64,000 nucleotides of DNA. Source: Phoronis australis. Its lineage: Eukaryota; Animalia; Phoronida. This document shows, piece by piece, positions 52,393-64,000 of this stretch. The stretch is from the NCBI GenBank assembly GCA_002633005.1, contig NMRA01000027.1, positions 981,788 through 1,045,787 on the forward strand, in the 5' to 3' direction. The notes under the pieces are model-generated. The model made no database searches and was not told the DNA's origin. It saw nothing but the letters and a program-made list of their open reading frames with translations. The translations under genes were made by a program, and so were the position numbers. Every line of letters starts with the position of its first letter. The stretch's first letter is position 1.

Positions 52393-55300
52393 GTAAGGTT
52401 TCTTCTGAGTCGCGATTTAATATTAATATTGAAGAGCGTAGTTAGAGCTGGTGTACTCGTAATTTGTGTGTTTGAAATATGTTTAAGCATTTCGGAAGAG
52501 TTTTGTTATGTTAAAGTACACTGGAAAGTTTTTTTCCAGTGGCTAAATCCTTTATACTTTGAAATATGAAACTTTTTCGCTTCCAATTTGCCAATTTTAA
52601 TCGTGGCAATTCTCTAAAAATACTGAGCATGTCATGCCAGCTTTCTGAAAGAGTAGATATCGTAAATTTACACCCCTGAGAAATTACAAACAGGCACGGA
52701 AGGTTTGATCTGAAATGAAAGTATCTGGTACTTCTAGAAATTATATTTGATCTGTACACCTTGCTACTGGAAGAGTTTCCGGGAAAGGTGAGTTTGTTTT
52801 ACTCGAAACTGCGTTATAACAGGCAATATTAGAGGTAAGAAAAAAAAACTAAATTCTTTTGGTCAATTGCAAACAAAACATTAGCGCTTACAAATTGCCA
52901 GGATCTGTTTTTTTTTTGATTTTTGCCTAACTAAGGTAATGTGTAGCCTTTTTAATTACACTTTAATCCTTTCCTCTTGAAAACGCCACCGAATACTGCA
53001 TGTATTTTTAAGCTTACATGCACTGCGATATCTCGCACAACCCTCTACTAAAAAATTCCCAACTTAAACAGTTAATAGTTGAATCTTGTAAAAGATTGTC
53101 ATAGAACAATTTAAAACACTTTGTGAGATCCACACCTAATCTCTGCACCAAATTTTGATAAGTTATAAGAATAAATGTCCAACCTGCCTCTCCCATTTCC
53201 TCCTCTGCGCTCATGTTCAGTTACCCAGCCATATCATGCAACCTCACAGGCAAAGACAAACTGCAAATATGATTATAAACTGTAATTTTCGACATTTGGA
53301 TGCTTCTGACAGTCACATTACATTACATGAAACGAGAGAAATCAATGTTGCTCGAGGCCGAAGACAGAATGCACCAAGTCGCTCTCAGACATTGGCGGAT
53401 CTAGAATATCGCAAGTGTTGATGCAACAACAAATTGGAATGAAAATTGTAACCCTTGTCGGTGGTTCGTTTATTTGGTCGTATCGGATTGGGAGCTGCAA
53501 TTACTCTCTGTCAAACCGGTTGTACTCGATCTCAATTTATCTTGGCAGAACCGAGAGAGAAACAAATAATTTGTTTCATAATGAATCCGTTGAAGCTTCC
53601 TTCTTCTGGATTATTCAGCTCGCATTTTTTTTACATTAATTTTTAATCATCAATTTTAAAAAGCACATGAATTAATAGTGTACACAAATACACAGGGAAT
53701 TTTCTTTTGATTTGACGTTGTAGTGAAAACATTCATTCAATGTCCAGATGCAAAAAAAGTCTCAAATAGGGACTCAACTAAGTTTCCTAAATCTACTGCA
53801 TGCGTATTTTTGGACTTGTGAAAACATCGATTGTCCTTTCTTGTATTGTTTTAGTATCATCACTAAGTCAACTTTTGACTTTGATACAAATCGAAAGTGA
53901 ACTCAATATCGTCGAAAGTTGGTAACACCCCCAATTTAAGGACTTAGTCCCACTCTTGGCTCAATTTTAGTTATATTATTAGAAAGTGTCATTAATGAAA
54001 GAGGAGCTCATAATCAGGATGAAATGATAGGAAAATATTACATCTTTGAGTCCATCAAGATAAAAATACACAAAAAGACTTAGGGACCTTAGCTAAGTCC
54101 CTATTTGTGATGTTCTCATGCAACCGGCCAATGAGATCCACTTAAAATTATAGTCTGTTAATAGTTAAAGGGGTCGCAAGAGAATGGTTTGTCCAGATTT
54201 GATGTATTGCCAACATCTGCTTGGTGACTTTATATTTACCACGTCAATGATGTATGGTTTCTGCAACGTGTATTTAGTCAGTGAATAGCGACATACGTCG
54301 TCCGGCTACCTTGCCGGGCAATAGCACATCATAACGGAAGTGATCGTGCTGTGGGAATGCCAATCGGAGGACGGAAATATCGGTAATCATATAAAAATAC
54401 AATATAACAGAATATCATATATTGTTTTAACCGTTGTCCGTTTTTGTAATCTATTATGGGCAAATACAATTGTGTTTAAAAACACATCTATTTAGGTTTT
54501 AGCGATAATAGATTACAAAAACGGACAACCGCCGAACAAATAAAAAGTTTGTATTAATTCGATGTATCGTCTATTCATTAGACATCATCAGGATACAAAC
54601 AATCAGAGATCAAGTGTCGACATACAAGTCAGGTTACATCCATGAATTAAAATGAATGCAATAACAATGTGTCCTGATGATGTCTAATGAAAATACGAAA
54701 CGTCCAATTAATGTGGACTTTTTCATTTCTGCAACTGTTGTCCGTTTTTTGATAATACATCGTAAAATTGTATGTAATCCACTTAATGTGATCTATTGAC
54801 CTGCTCGGTTCATGTAAGTTATAATTTTCGTCTTTAACGGCCAAGCGTAGCTGGACAGTTTTGCCGTTAATCGGCATGGTGACAATAAATGCGACAGATG
54901 GCGCGTCATCTTACGGTGAGGATGAGTAGTACCATTATCTATCGATAGAATTCTACCGTAGGAATGACACAGCATCAGTTTGCCATCGTCTCTGTTCATT
55001 GTACGATATAACATGCCCAAATGTCGTGAACCAGCTTTCTCCACTGAATCACGGGCATCGGACTGATTCTCAAAATACGAGCACGTTACATGTACATGTA
55101 TATCCGAGTATTGCCAAAAGTTTTTTTATTTGTGGTTATGTTCAGTTGTTTAGTTTTCTGATATCTAACTACGTGTATGGCAATCACATGAGTGTGTGCA
55201 AATGTCGACACCGTCTGCAATGAAACAAAAACTGTTAACTACATAAATTCCAGGCAGTGGTGTATTTGGACTTCAACCATCTTGATAACTGAGATGTGCA

Positions 55301-55457
55301 AAATTTGACTAACTAGATGTCTCCATAAATGCAGAGGTTCAGGAGTTCTAGCAGTGGAAATTTGAATCTTTTGTCTCAGTGCAACTAATGCGAAGTCGTG
55401 ACACTGGCGAGTACATACATGTAAGGTTGATAACGGCGTGTTTTACACCCATTACAG

Positions 55458-55988
55458 GTGATTCGCCCCTCACCAGCACCATTCATTCACTGGTCACGGT
55501 GCCACCAACGTCTGAGGGTTATCGGTCAACGACCACGACTACTCTTTCACACGGTCAGACATTATACGCTACCGTGTGGTGCTCTAATCACGCTCAGTTG
55601 TCAGCACCTTCCGTTTCCCAACCTGCCACTGCTATTAACCAAGGACCTTCTGCTTCTGAGGCGAGGGTTAGATTCTTGATTCCACAAACTGGACTTTACC
55701 CGAGTAAAACTGAAGCCATCGCTGACTCAAATTACCTCCATATCGCCTGGGCCGGATTCCAAGATGTGGTTGGCCAATTGACTTATAAAGTTCGCATTAT
55801 GAAAGGAAGCACCGAGTTTCAGCCGTGGTTAGATGTTGGTCCTCGAACCGATTTCCGTATCTCCAACCTATCGCTCACAGATAATGTATGCTACAAAGCC
55901 GACGTGCAAGCCTTTAATTTCAAAGGTTTGTCAAGCTCAATCGTGTCAGATGAAACATATGTTGACAATGATGCGCCGAAATTAACCG
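55458..55988 (+). CDS. Copy B exon 19
   Basis: Acceptor attacag|GT and donor ACCG|gtgag. Confidence 0.9.
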
Positions 55989-56052
55989 GTGAGTAATTGA
56001 TCTACCTTTTAAGAATAGAGCTTTTCAGCGTCCATTTTATCGTTCTGACATT

Positions 56053-56084
<32 letters not shown>

Positions 56085-56596
56085 CGTTACTTTATCTGCA
56101 TTTAGCAGCTTCAATTATGGGTTTCAAAATCAATTATCGTAATGCTTATGGCTAGTCCAACGCGTCAAAATTTAGAACTGAACGTGCGCGACAGTTCTTA
56201 GCCTGTATTTCTTAGTCCGGTTTTCCTGGCATGAATTTCCAGACGTCGCAATAATAACACTTGACGTGTAATCAAACCTATTTGTCAGAGAGACGAATTG
56301 GGGCGAACAAACAAAGGTTGGTGAAGAATCCAGCGGTAAAATTACAGCGACAACATCACTCCGTGAAAACTGATGACGCAGCGTTTTCTCGTTTCGCTAC
56401 AAAATTGCAAATGAAATCTACAAACACTGTGTGCAGGTTTTGGGATAAAAAGCTCCGATAACAACATCAAGCTACTTTTGACCATTCGCGTCACTCCGTC
56501 ACTAAAGCTCACTAAAATGAAACGCTTGTCACCCACTGTGAACTGAAATTGTTCATAATTTTCTGAGTTTTTTGTTAAAATGACTAAGTGAATAAA

Positions 56597-57046
56597 CAAG
56601 GTACCTAAACTACACGGTCAACGGACACATAAACACGGGCACGCACGTATGAACACAACTCACGGACCTGCAAACACAGTCCACTGACTCACAATCACGG
56701 GAACGGACTCACAAAACACGATCCACGCACCCAAATACACGGGACACGGACTCATATTCACGAGGAAACACGGTTAACGGACCGCCAAACACGAGTCTCG
56801 GACTCATTGGCTTCCTGGGTCAGCTGACATCTTCATTTTGTCCGTAAACCGTGTTTGGCGGTCCGTTAATCAAGTTTGCTCGTGAATACGAGTCCGTGTC
56901 CCGTGTATTTGGGTGTGTGGATCGTGCTTTGTGAGTCCGTTCCCGTGTTTGTTAGTCAGTAGACGGAGTTTGCAGGTCCGTGAGTCGTGTTCATGCGTCC
57001 GTGCCCGTGTTTATGAGTCCGTTAACCGTGTAGTTTAGGTACCTTG
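56597..57046. mobile_element. 450-bp foldback MITE with about 195-bp TIRs and a 5-bp TSD
   Basis: ATAAA|CAAGGTACCTAAACTACACGG...CCGTGTAGTTTAGGTACCTTG|ATAAA. The empty site GTGAATAAATACCGTG is in copy A near 8900. Confidence 0.9.
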
Positions 57047-57274
57047 ATAAAAACCGTGTCGCCGCAACTACTTTCGATATAACCACACCTGAGGGTCCAG
57101 AGTCTTATCTCTGAACTCAGACTCTCAAACTCGAAACTTAACCAATCACGCCGCTAGATTCGAGCTCAAATTTGTAAGTTTCAAGTACTCGAAAGATGTA
57201 TGCATGCCGTGGACGAAATACTTCTGCGTACAAATTACTTTCTTATGAATACAAGACATTTTATGCTATTTAAG

Positions 57275-57549
57275 GTCAACAACCACAACTTAAAGCTACC
57301 GGAAACGCCCTGAAGATCAGCTGGTACCTCAGTTTTGTACATGACGTCAACCTATGGTACGAGGCGTGCATTGGTTTCTCCGAAGGTGCCTGCGACGTAC
57401 TTCAGCCAATAGAGACGACTCAACCATTTGTAATTCTGGATGTCAACGAAAAGGGCCTTAGCGCTGGGACAGAGCTATTTGGAGTGACCACTGCTGTAAA
57501 ACCTTCTGGCATGTTTAAAACTTTGAAATATTCTGCTACGGTAAATTAG
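57275..57549 (+). CDS. Copy B terminal exon 20
   Basis: Acceptor ttaag|GT. Ends in KYSATVN with TAG at 57547-57549. Confidence 0.85.
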
Positions 57550-60500
57550 ATACTCACCTGTGAAAAATATTCGATTGTCATTTTGTGTCAAACCTCGTAC
57601 GGCTAACCGAAGCTAAAGCCGTAATCAAAATTCGATGTTTTCTACCGGCACACAAAGCAGTGAAATAGTTGATTGAGATGGTCGCTAAGTGCGAATAGAT
57701 TTTCGTACTGCGGTAGAACTTAAATAATTTTGCAACATTTCTGTTTTCTTAGAAATACACAACGTCGCGTTCTAAGCCATCTAGCTTCGACCGAGCGTAC
57801 GATCTTTGATAAAACGGGGATCACATATTTTTGTTTTTGTGCATTAAATATCCTGTGCCTACTAAATGTTTAGCTTGCGTGTCTTTTTATTAAAGCGTCT
57901 ATTGACAATTTGTTACAAGATGAATATGCAAATTCAAATATACCTGTTTCTGTAACAAAACTTAACAATGTCTTACAATCGTAATCCAGAAATGAAACTG
58001 TTAATTGAATAAATTGCGCATGCGCGAACACACAAAGCTAGTCATTCATTGATATCTCTACGATTCGCGTGTGTCGCTTAGCAAAATACAGCTCTGCCAC
58101 CCACTCACTTGTTGTTTGCTATTGATCATGTCAGTGAGGAATCATACATTGATTTTTGACGGATTCACGAAGTAATGATCTACTCTAGTTTGACCATCAA
58201 ATGAGCTTGATTTAAATCCTTTAAAGACAGTTAAATTGATAAGACGAACCAGCTGTGCAACTTCAAAATACCGGCGCCAAGTAGCCCACCCATTTACGAG
58301 AACTGATTACTGCCATACACTATTCTCAAACACCTCAAAACCTGCATCATTAATTTGTATTTGTTGTAATACTGTGGGGAATTCACACTGTTTTCTTCTG
58401 CCATTGAACAAACACGTTAATGTTCTGTCGTGGATACTCATTTCTTACATATCATGGCTACTCCTAATTTCAAAAACTTTTTTGAAATTCACGAACCCTA
58501 ACTGTTTTCTTGTCACGCGCGAATAGTATTTTTTCACGAGCAACCAGTATGTTGTACCCTTCTAGAAGCGATTTCGTGTTCTCACGAACAACAGCTCTGT
58601 CTAGTAGTAATCTAATAAAAAGTGGTTTATGGTGTGAGGAAAAACCGACTTGTTCCTAAGTTCTTGAGGTCACGTTCGGCACGCTGTGTCACATTTTTCC
58701 CAGTACGCCGTGCGCACATAAGATGGCGGTGATCAACAAAGAGGTGCATTCTTTAGTGTAGGAGCATATTCTCATGTAGAAGCATGGGCCTTGGTACGGG
58801 CACACACACTGTTGGCAGCCTTGACAACAACAGAATAAGTAGTTTTAATTAAGAAACTATGTGACACCACCTATAGGTGTCTCTCACTGAAAAGTTAAGG
58901 TTACGTATTGCCTTACCAAGATGTCTGTGTATTTAGCGTAATATATGCGATCGCAACAATAATACGGTTATGTGAAGTTGCAAGCATTAAATCACAAAAT
59001 CAAAAACCAAGAAATTGCACGTGACGTCCTTTGCCATTTTGATACACTATAGCCGTTTTCAAAATACCTTGCGTGCGAGCAGTCTGATTTAACACAAATA
59101 GTCGGCGTGTGCTTGTCAACCTACAACAAGTGGGGCTACGCCTGTATTTCGCGACGTGTCATCGTATTTTTTTCTTAAACTCCATTTTAACTTCTGTGGT
59201 TGATGTTGGAAAATTAAGCAACATATTTTTATAACTTCATCAAGGGAATTCAGAAAATAAGGTCGAAGTGAATGTTAATAATACATCGTCATCAGTCCTT
59301 CTATCCAGATGGCTTTTACTGCTATACGTTTTTGCCTGAGTATTCTAAAAACTTCTACAAAGATCATTCTTCTATCTGGTATCTGGTGTACTTTATGTTA
59401 ATTCAAAGTACCAGAGAATAAACTACAAAGATGATCTCATGCAAATAATGAACGACAAAATATGGAAAAACTAGTCCAGGAGAGCGTCATCCATTCAGTA
59501 ACAATATGGGGGTCAACCGATGTCCCCCAAATAGGAACATATAACTGCCTTTACGGCGTCAAAGCCTTATCCAGTTTAACTTTAGATCTTCTCCTTGAGA
59601 GAAAGGTATTGCAATAAGAGTCATTTGACATTGTTTAGCGATGCTAAAGGGCTGTTGAGTATGCCTTGAAACAGAAAACATCGATATACACTACTCTTCC
59701 AATCTATATTATTTGCGCTATTTTATCTCTTCCGTACCCGAATTTGTTCTTTGTGAATGTCTTAGACATGGATAGCACCCAAAAAAAACAATTAGTCGGT
59801 GGAAGTCATGATTCTTTACGAACGGTAGAAATTTTAGAAGCAGGAAATTTCCATGGTTTGATCATGTGGTCCACTCAATAGCAAAGAAATCGAAAGCGCC
59901 TTCTGACGTGAACTTGACAACTGAAGCATATTGATAGTTGTGATGTCATGCTATTTCTGAATATTTAATTGCAAATGAATTCAAATAATTTAAAGTTTTT
60001 TGTTTGAATTTTAGTGCACATGCATTCTAAATTCAAATGAATGACGCGTTTTGAAGCAACTTGTATCAAAATGAAGGGTAACGGTGGTCATTTCAAAAAT
60101 GGCGCATGTACGCATTGCCTGAGTTGGATTGGCCAATTCGAAAGTGGTGCATGTGCTCATAGCCTGGGACAATGATTTAATAACAGAAATATATGTTTCC
60201 CTTTACGGCATGGAATATCATGAGACCAATTTTATGAGATTAAAGGGTCCACACGCAGCTTTAACTGATTCAGGAACATAAACTTAGAATTTTGCACTGA
60301 TCTTTTGAAGTGTCCCCCACTTACTGGGAAAATCATACGGGAAAATTTCCTTATATTCGAACAAAATTAATTAAATGTTTGTCGGAAAGTGGATCAGCTT
60401 TGTAAATTAATAAGCGTTAGCGCTGTGGGTCGGGCGTTGTTCGTATTGCGAGAAAACTAGATGAAATTCAATTATCTCCGAGTGTCTAGAAATAAAGAAA

Positions 60501-63099
60501 CTACGCGCTTTTTCAAAGAACCTATTCGTGGTTTAACCTCGATCACTTACAGCTTCGCAAAAGTATAGCAAACCTGCGTTTCGCATTTTGCTGAAAGTTT
60601 ATGCGAACGTAAATTAGAAATGATAGACTGATATTTCGTAGTTTTTCTGTATATGAATCTAAGTTTCTTTAATTTCCATGAAACCAAAAGCATGTAAAAT
60701 GAAATATGTATCATATAATACACGAACACTGTCAGACAAAAAGCATGTTTTAATTTCATAATATCATTTTAGCCAACAGGTGTCTCCTTTTTAGCACTTA
60801 ATTTGCTTCAGGCCAGAGTAAACCATACAAACCATAAAGTAATTGTACCAACCTCACTGATACGAATTTGCCGTGCGGAATATATACTGCCCGGGAAGAC
60901 TAGATATTTTTCTTCAGTGTCCTAAATGAGTCACCGTAATTCGTATCTTACGACTTCGATAAAATTCGAAGCTATTTTGATGAGCTTTGACGTGTTCATA
61001 TATTTATCATCTTCACCTATGTTGAAACAAAAACTCGCTGTTTATTTCATACATGTACATGTAGGTGGTTTACACGAAGTGACTGACACACACATCCTGA
61101 GGAAGCCGTGAAAAATGCTTTTAGTTGAGGTGAGGAAGCCGACTCTGGAAGTACTTAAGAATAAAAAAATTCCTTAAAGGATACGGCAACTGGACTGGCA
61201 TAATTGTGATAGCAGCAGAAAAATACGCTTGTCCAATAAACATTGCCCTTCTTATACATAGATAAAAGGGCACAACGGATGTTTCGGTATCTCGATTTCA
61301 GCTTAGGAATTTGAATAATTGAACGAAATAGTTAAACGACGAGGAATGAATCCATTTAACTTGACTGTCCAGATTGTCCTAAAACGAAACTAAGGTGTGT
61401 TTAGAAACACTAAAGTATTGTTTCTTATCAATGTATGAGTCAATAGTTCAACTGCCATTCGCTTCATGTAGAGGTCCGCCAGAAGGTAGTTGTTTGGGAC
61501 ACCCGGATGATAACTCTACCCTGGGTCACACGCTTGTTCCGTGATTTCTATTTTATTCGGCTAACTGCGCAAACAGTTGTCGTTTGAAGATGACATGAGG
61601 ACCACGTAGGAGCACTCTGGACTCTTCACAAGGATGTTATCCATTTACCAGTTGCTGGTTATTGCGTCATCCTTTGTTTTCACACACTGTCTCACAGGGT
61701 ATGTTTAACATTCAAGATGAGCTTTTCTCTCGCTGCATTGAATCTGCTTCACCAACAGCTGGTTCCCATTGTTTGCATTATTTACAGTGCATTGGTTTTA
61801 TCTTATATTCTTCGGTATTTTTGAATTTGGAATTTACTTATTGTGCTTTATCTAACTGCGGCGGTCACACTGAAGGTGACATGGAGATTGTGGTCATTGA
61901 ACAACTAGAACGGCTGGCCAAATGTTTGCACGTTGCACACGGCATGATAATTATGATACCTCTTTAACAGTTACTTTGTGCCGCACTTTCGTAATTGTAG
62001 CCGTAAACAGTCAAGTTAGGCAGTGAAGGATTAATTTATCCCGTTAACAATAATAGTTTCACGTAAGTAATTTATGTTCACCCATTCGGCCAGTATAGAA
62101 TTTCACGCCTATCTTTACGCCCGCCTATGGCGTATTTCTACAAATGCTGCACTAGGTCTATTTTTTGTTTGATATATTTTGTGTTTCATCGATTTAAAGC
62201 TATTTTGAGCGTTGTTTCTGAAGTAGGTTTACTTCGTTGGGTCAGCTTCACACTAATTCGACCCATCACAAAGTAGAGTAATGATGTAAAGTAACTTATC
62301 TTTCCTTGTTTTCATGGTATTTTTATTGGAATTGAGCCTAAAGGTGTTGCTTGGCTCAATATTCTGACCAATCCTTATTAATTTTTTTATTACAATGAGG
62401 CTAGCCATGTTTGACTCGCTAGTATTATTTCGGTAGCTTTAAGGCAGGACCTTATCTAGAAATCTGTAAATTCAATCAAATATCTGCAAAGTATAGATAA
62501 CTAACTGAGAATAGAAATAACTTACAATTTAATTTTACCTAATACCAATCTGTCACGCAGTTATGTATTTTAAAAAAGTTTAGCAAAAAGGTTACATTCA
62601 CAGAGAAACAATGGTATGAACAACATGAACAAACATTTCATGTAAATATTCAAGGTTAAATCTCAGAAATGCTGTTATAATTATCGTTTCATTTTCGTTT
62701 AATACATATTTAAATATTTTCCATAAACATCGTAAAAAATTTATATTGATACCCTCCGTATAAGGGTGGAATATTTCAAAAAATCCAAACAGTGGTTAGA
62801 AAAACAGTGAATAAAGCATAGTACCTGAATTTTTTATAAGAATCCAACTACTCAATTCTGAAGCATATTGTTATGATGTCACCCAAATGATGGCATTTTT
62901 CTAGGGTTCTACGTAACCTTAACAGACGGTGAGAATCATTTTACATAATTAGAATTTTCACACGCGATGTAAATTGAAACTTCAACTTTGATTTGTCACG
63001 TATTTTGAACGATGGTTAGAGCTGAAACACGCTTCATTGTTGTAAGTGAGGACTACAAGTACTACAAGCATGTCTAACTCCGTTTAGCGTTTTTCACGT

Positions 63100-63455
63100 A
63101 TGCCAAACGTTTTTGAGTTTTCTGATCTTGACAGAAGTTCGCATGTAAATATTCATCTACGGAGCTCCAATCATTATTATCAACAGTGCTCTTTTAATGA
63201 CTTTGCAATTATAGACCAGGAAGTAACAACAAAGGAGCTTAAAATTCGTGAGGCTTTACACATCAGTTGGTGCAAGCCCAATCTCAATAGGCAACTGGCA
63301 CACCACAGGTTGTCATTGTTGGTCTAGTTCATTGTCACTCCCTGTAACTGACTATCTGTGCTTCATTACTTGTTGCTGGGCCTAGCTAGGTGGCCACTGT
63401 ATTCTCTCTTCTGACGATGGTATCTGAATAAATGACACCGAAACATGTCAAGTGG
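63100..63455 (+). mobile_element. Penelope-like retroelement 3' end
   Basis: Reads SHVNIHLRSSNH..FAIIDQEVTTKELKIREALHISWCKPNLNRQ. It is an insertion relative to the paralogous spacer at about 19560-19620. Confidence 0.8.
63406..63454 (+). ncRNA. Minimal type I hammerhead ribozyme motif
   Basis: CTT-CTGACGA-T-GGTATC..GACACC-GAAA-CATG-TC-AAG. The CUGANGA/GAAA/UH core is intact, helix III is palindromic, and helix II has one mismatch. Confidence 0.65.
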
Positions 63456-64000
63456 ACTTAAAACCGTTGATTTTTTATTAATAATCTTGGATAGCCCTAT
63501 GAAACAGGGGGGAGGGGGTAGAAAGCGACAGCGCTCTGTTTCACTCTAAAGCGACTAAGAAATGAAATTTTCGTAAATTGCTTTGCTGATGTACTTTCGA
63601 TCTCCTATTCTTTCTTTGAGCGAAAACAAGTTCTCCTCTTAAAAAGACAATAACAATATAATTCCATTTGCTTAAAGTTGCCGAATCAGGTTTTTTTCCA
63701 TTTTGATTGGTCATGAATTTTCGGAATTTAAACTAGACAACATTTTGTGAGTTTTCACAAAGTTTTGTTTTTTCTCCACAAATTGATGTCATTGGCAACA
63801 GATTGCTCAAGTGTCGGAATGATGTATGCTGTGAGTATTGTTATAGCGCGTAAGAACGCGAGAACTTTTGTAAGTAAGTGATTCGATTAGTTATACACCA
63901 TGCCTAACACTCGATTAAATTTGGATTTTAACTGTTTCTTATTTACCAAAATTTGGGTCCAGCAACTTTAAAGCGGCTTGCATCACAAAACCTATTTTTA

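Larger units (their letters stand above)
49325..58950 (+). repeat. Segmental direct repeat, copy 2 (pairs with 1661-11169)
   Basis: Colinear similarity with copy 1. Confidence 0.95.

Noticed and set aside
56054-56084. T31 tract, which is only about T7 in copy A
   Set aside because: A simple homopolymer expansion, with no adjacent retrocopy body or TSD visible.

Overview
Eukaryotic, intron-rich, AT-rich genomic DNA, most likely from an invertebrate animal. The window is dominated by a head-to-tail tandem array, with a period of about 44-48 kb, of a giant multi-exon gene on the + strand. Copy B lies entirely inside the window: 20 exons at 20629-57549. Its exons 2-20 join through GT-AG introns with consistent phases into 9952 nt of uninterrupted reading frame, about 3,320-3,350 aa. 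The architecture is EMI domain, EGF-like Cys repeats, then many FnIII-like 'D-x-T/S-P-P...W-x-G-F-x-D-x-E/H-S-G-I' beta-sandwich repeats, with no C-terminal membrane anchor. The last four exons of paralogous copy A occupy 1687-9742, and repeated intergenic sequence predicts a copy C just beyond the right edge. The putative signal-peptide exon of copy B appears broken by a frameshift and an in-frame TAG, although the rest of the gene is open. Divergence between A and B is patchy, which suggests gene conversion. Introns and spacers carry many transposon relics: a Kolobok-type element (THAP plus KolX/P2X7-ballast-like gene), Sola3-like, ISL2EU-like, LINE fragments (ORF1, RT, RNase H), Penelope-like 3' ends with hammerhead ribozyme motifs, and several MITEs. 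All calls were made by eye, without database searches.
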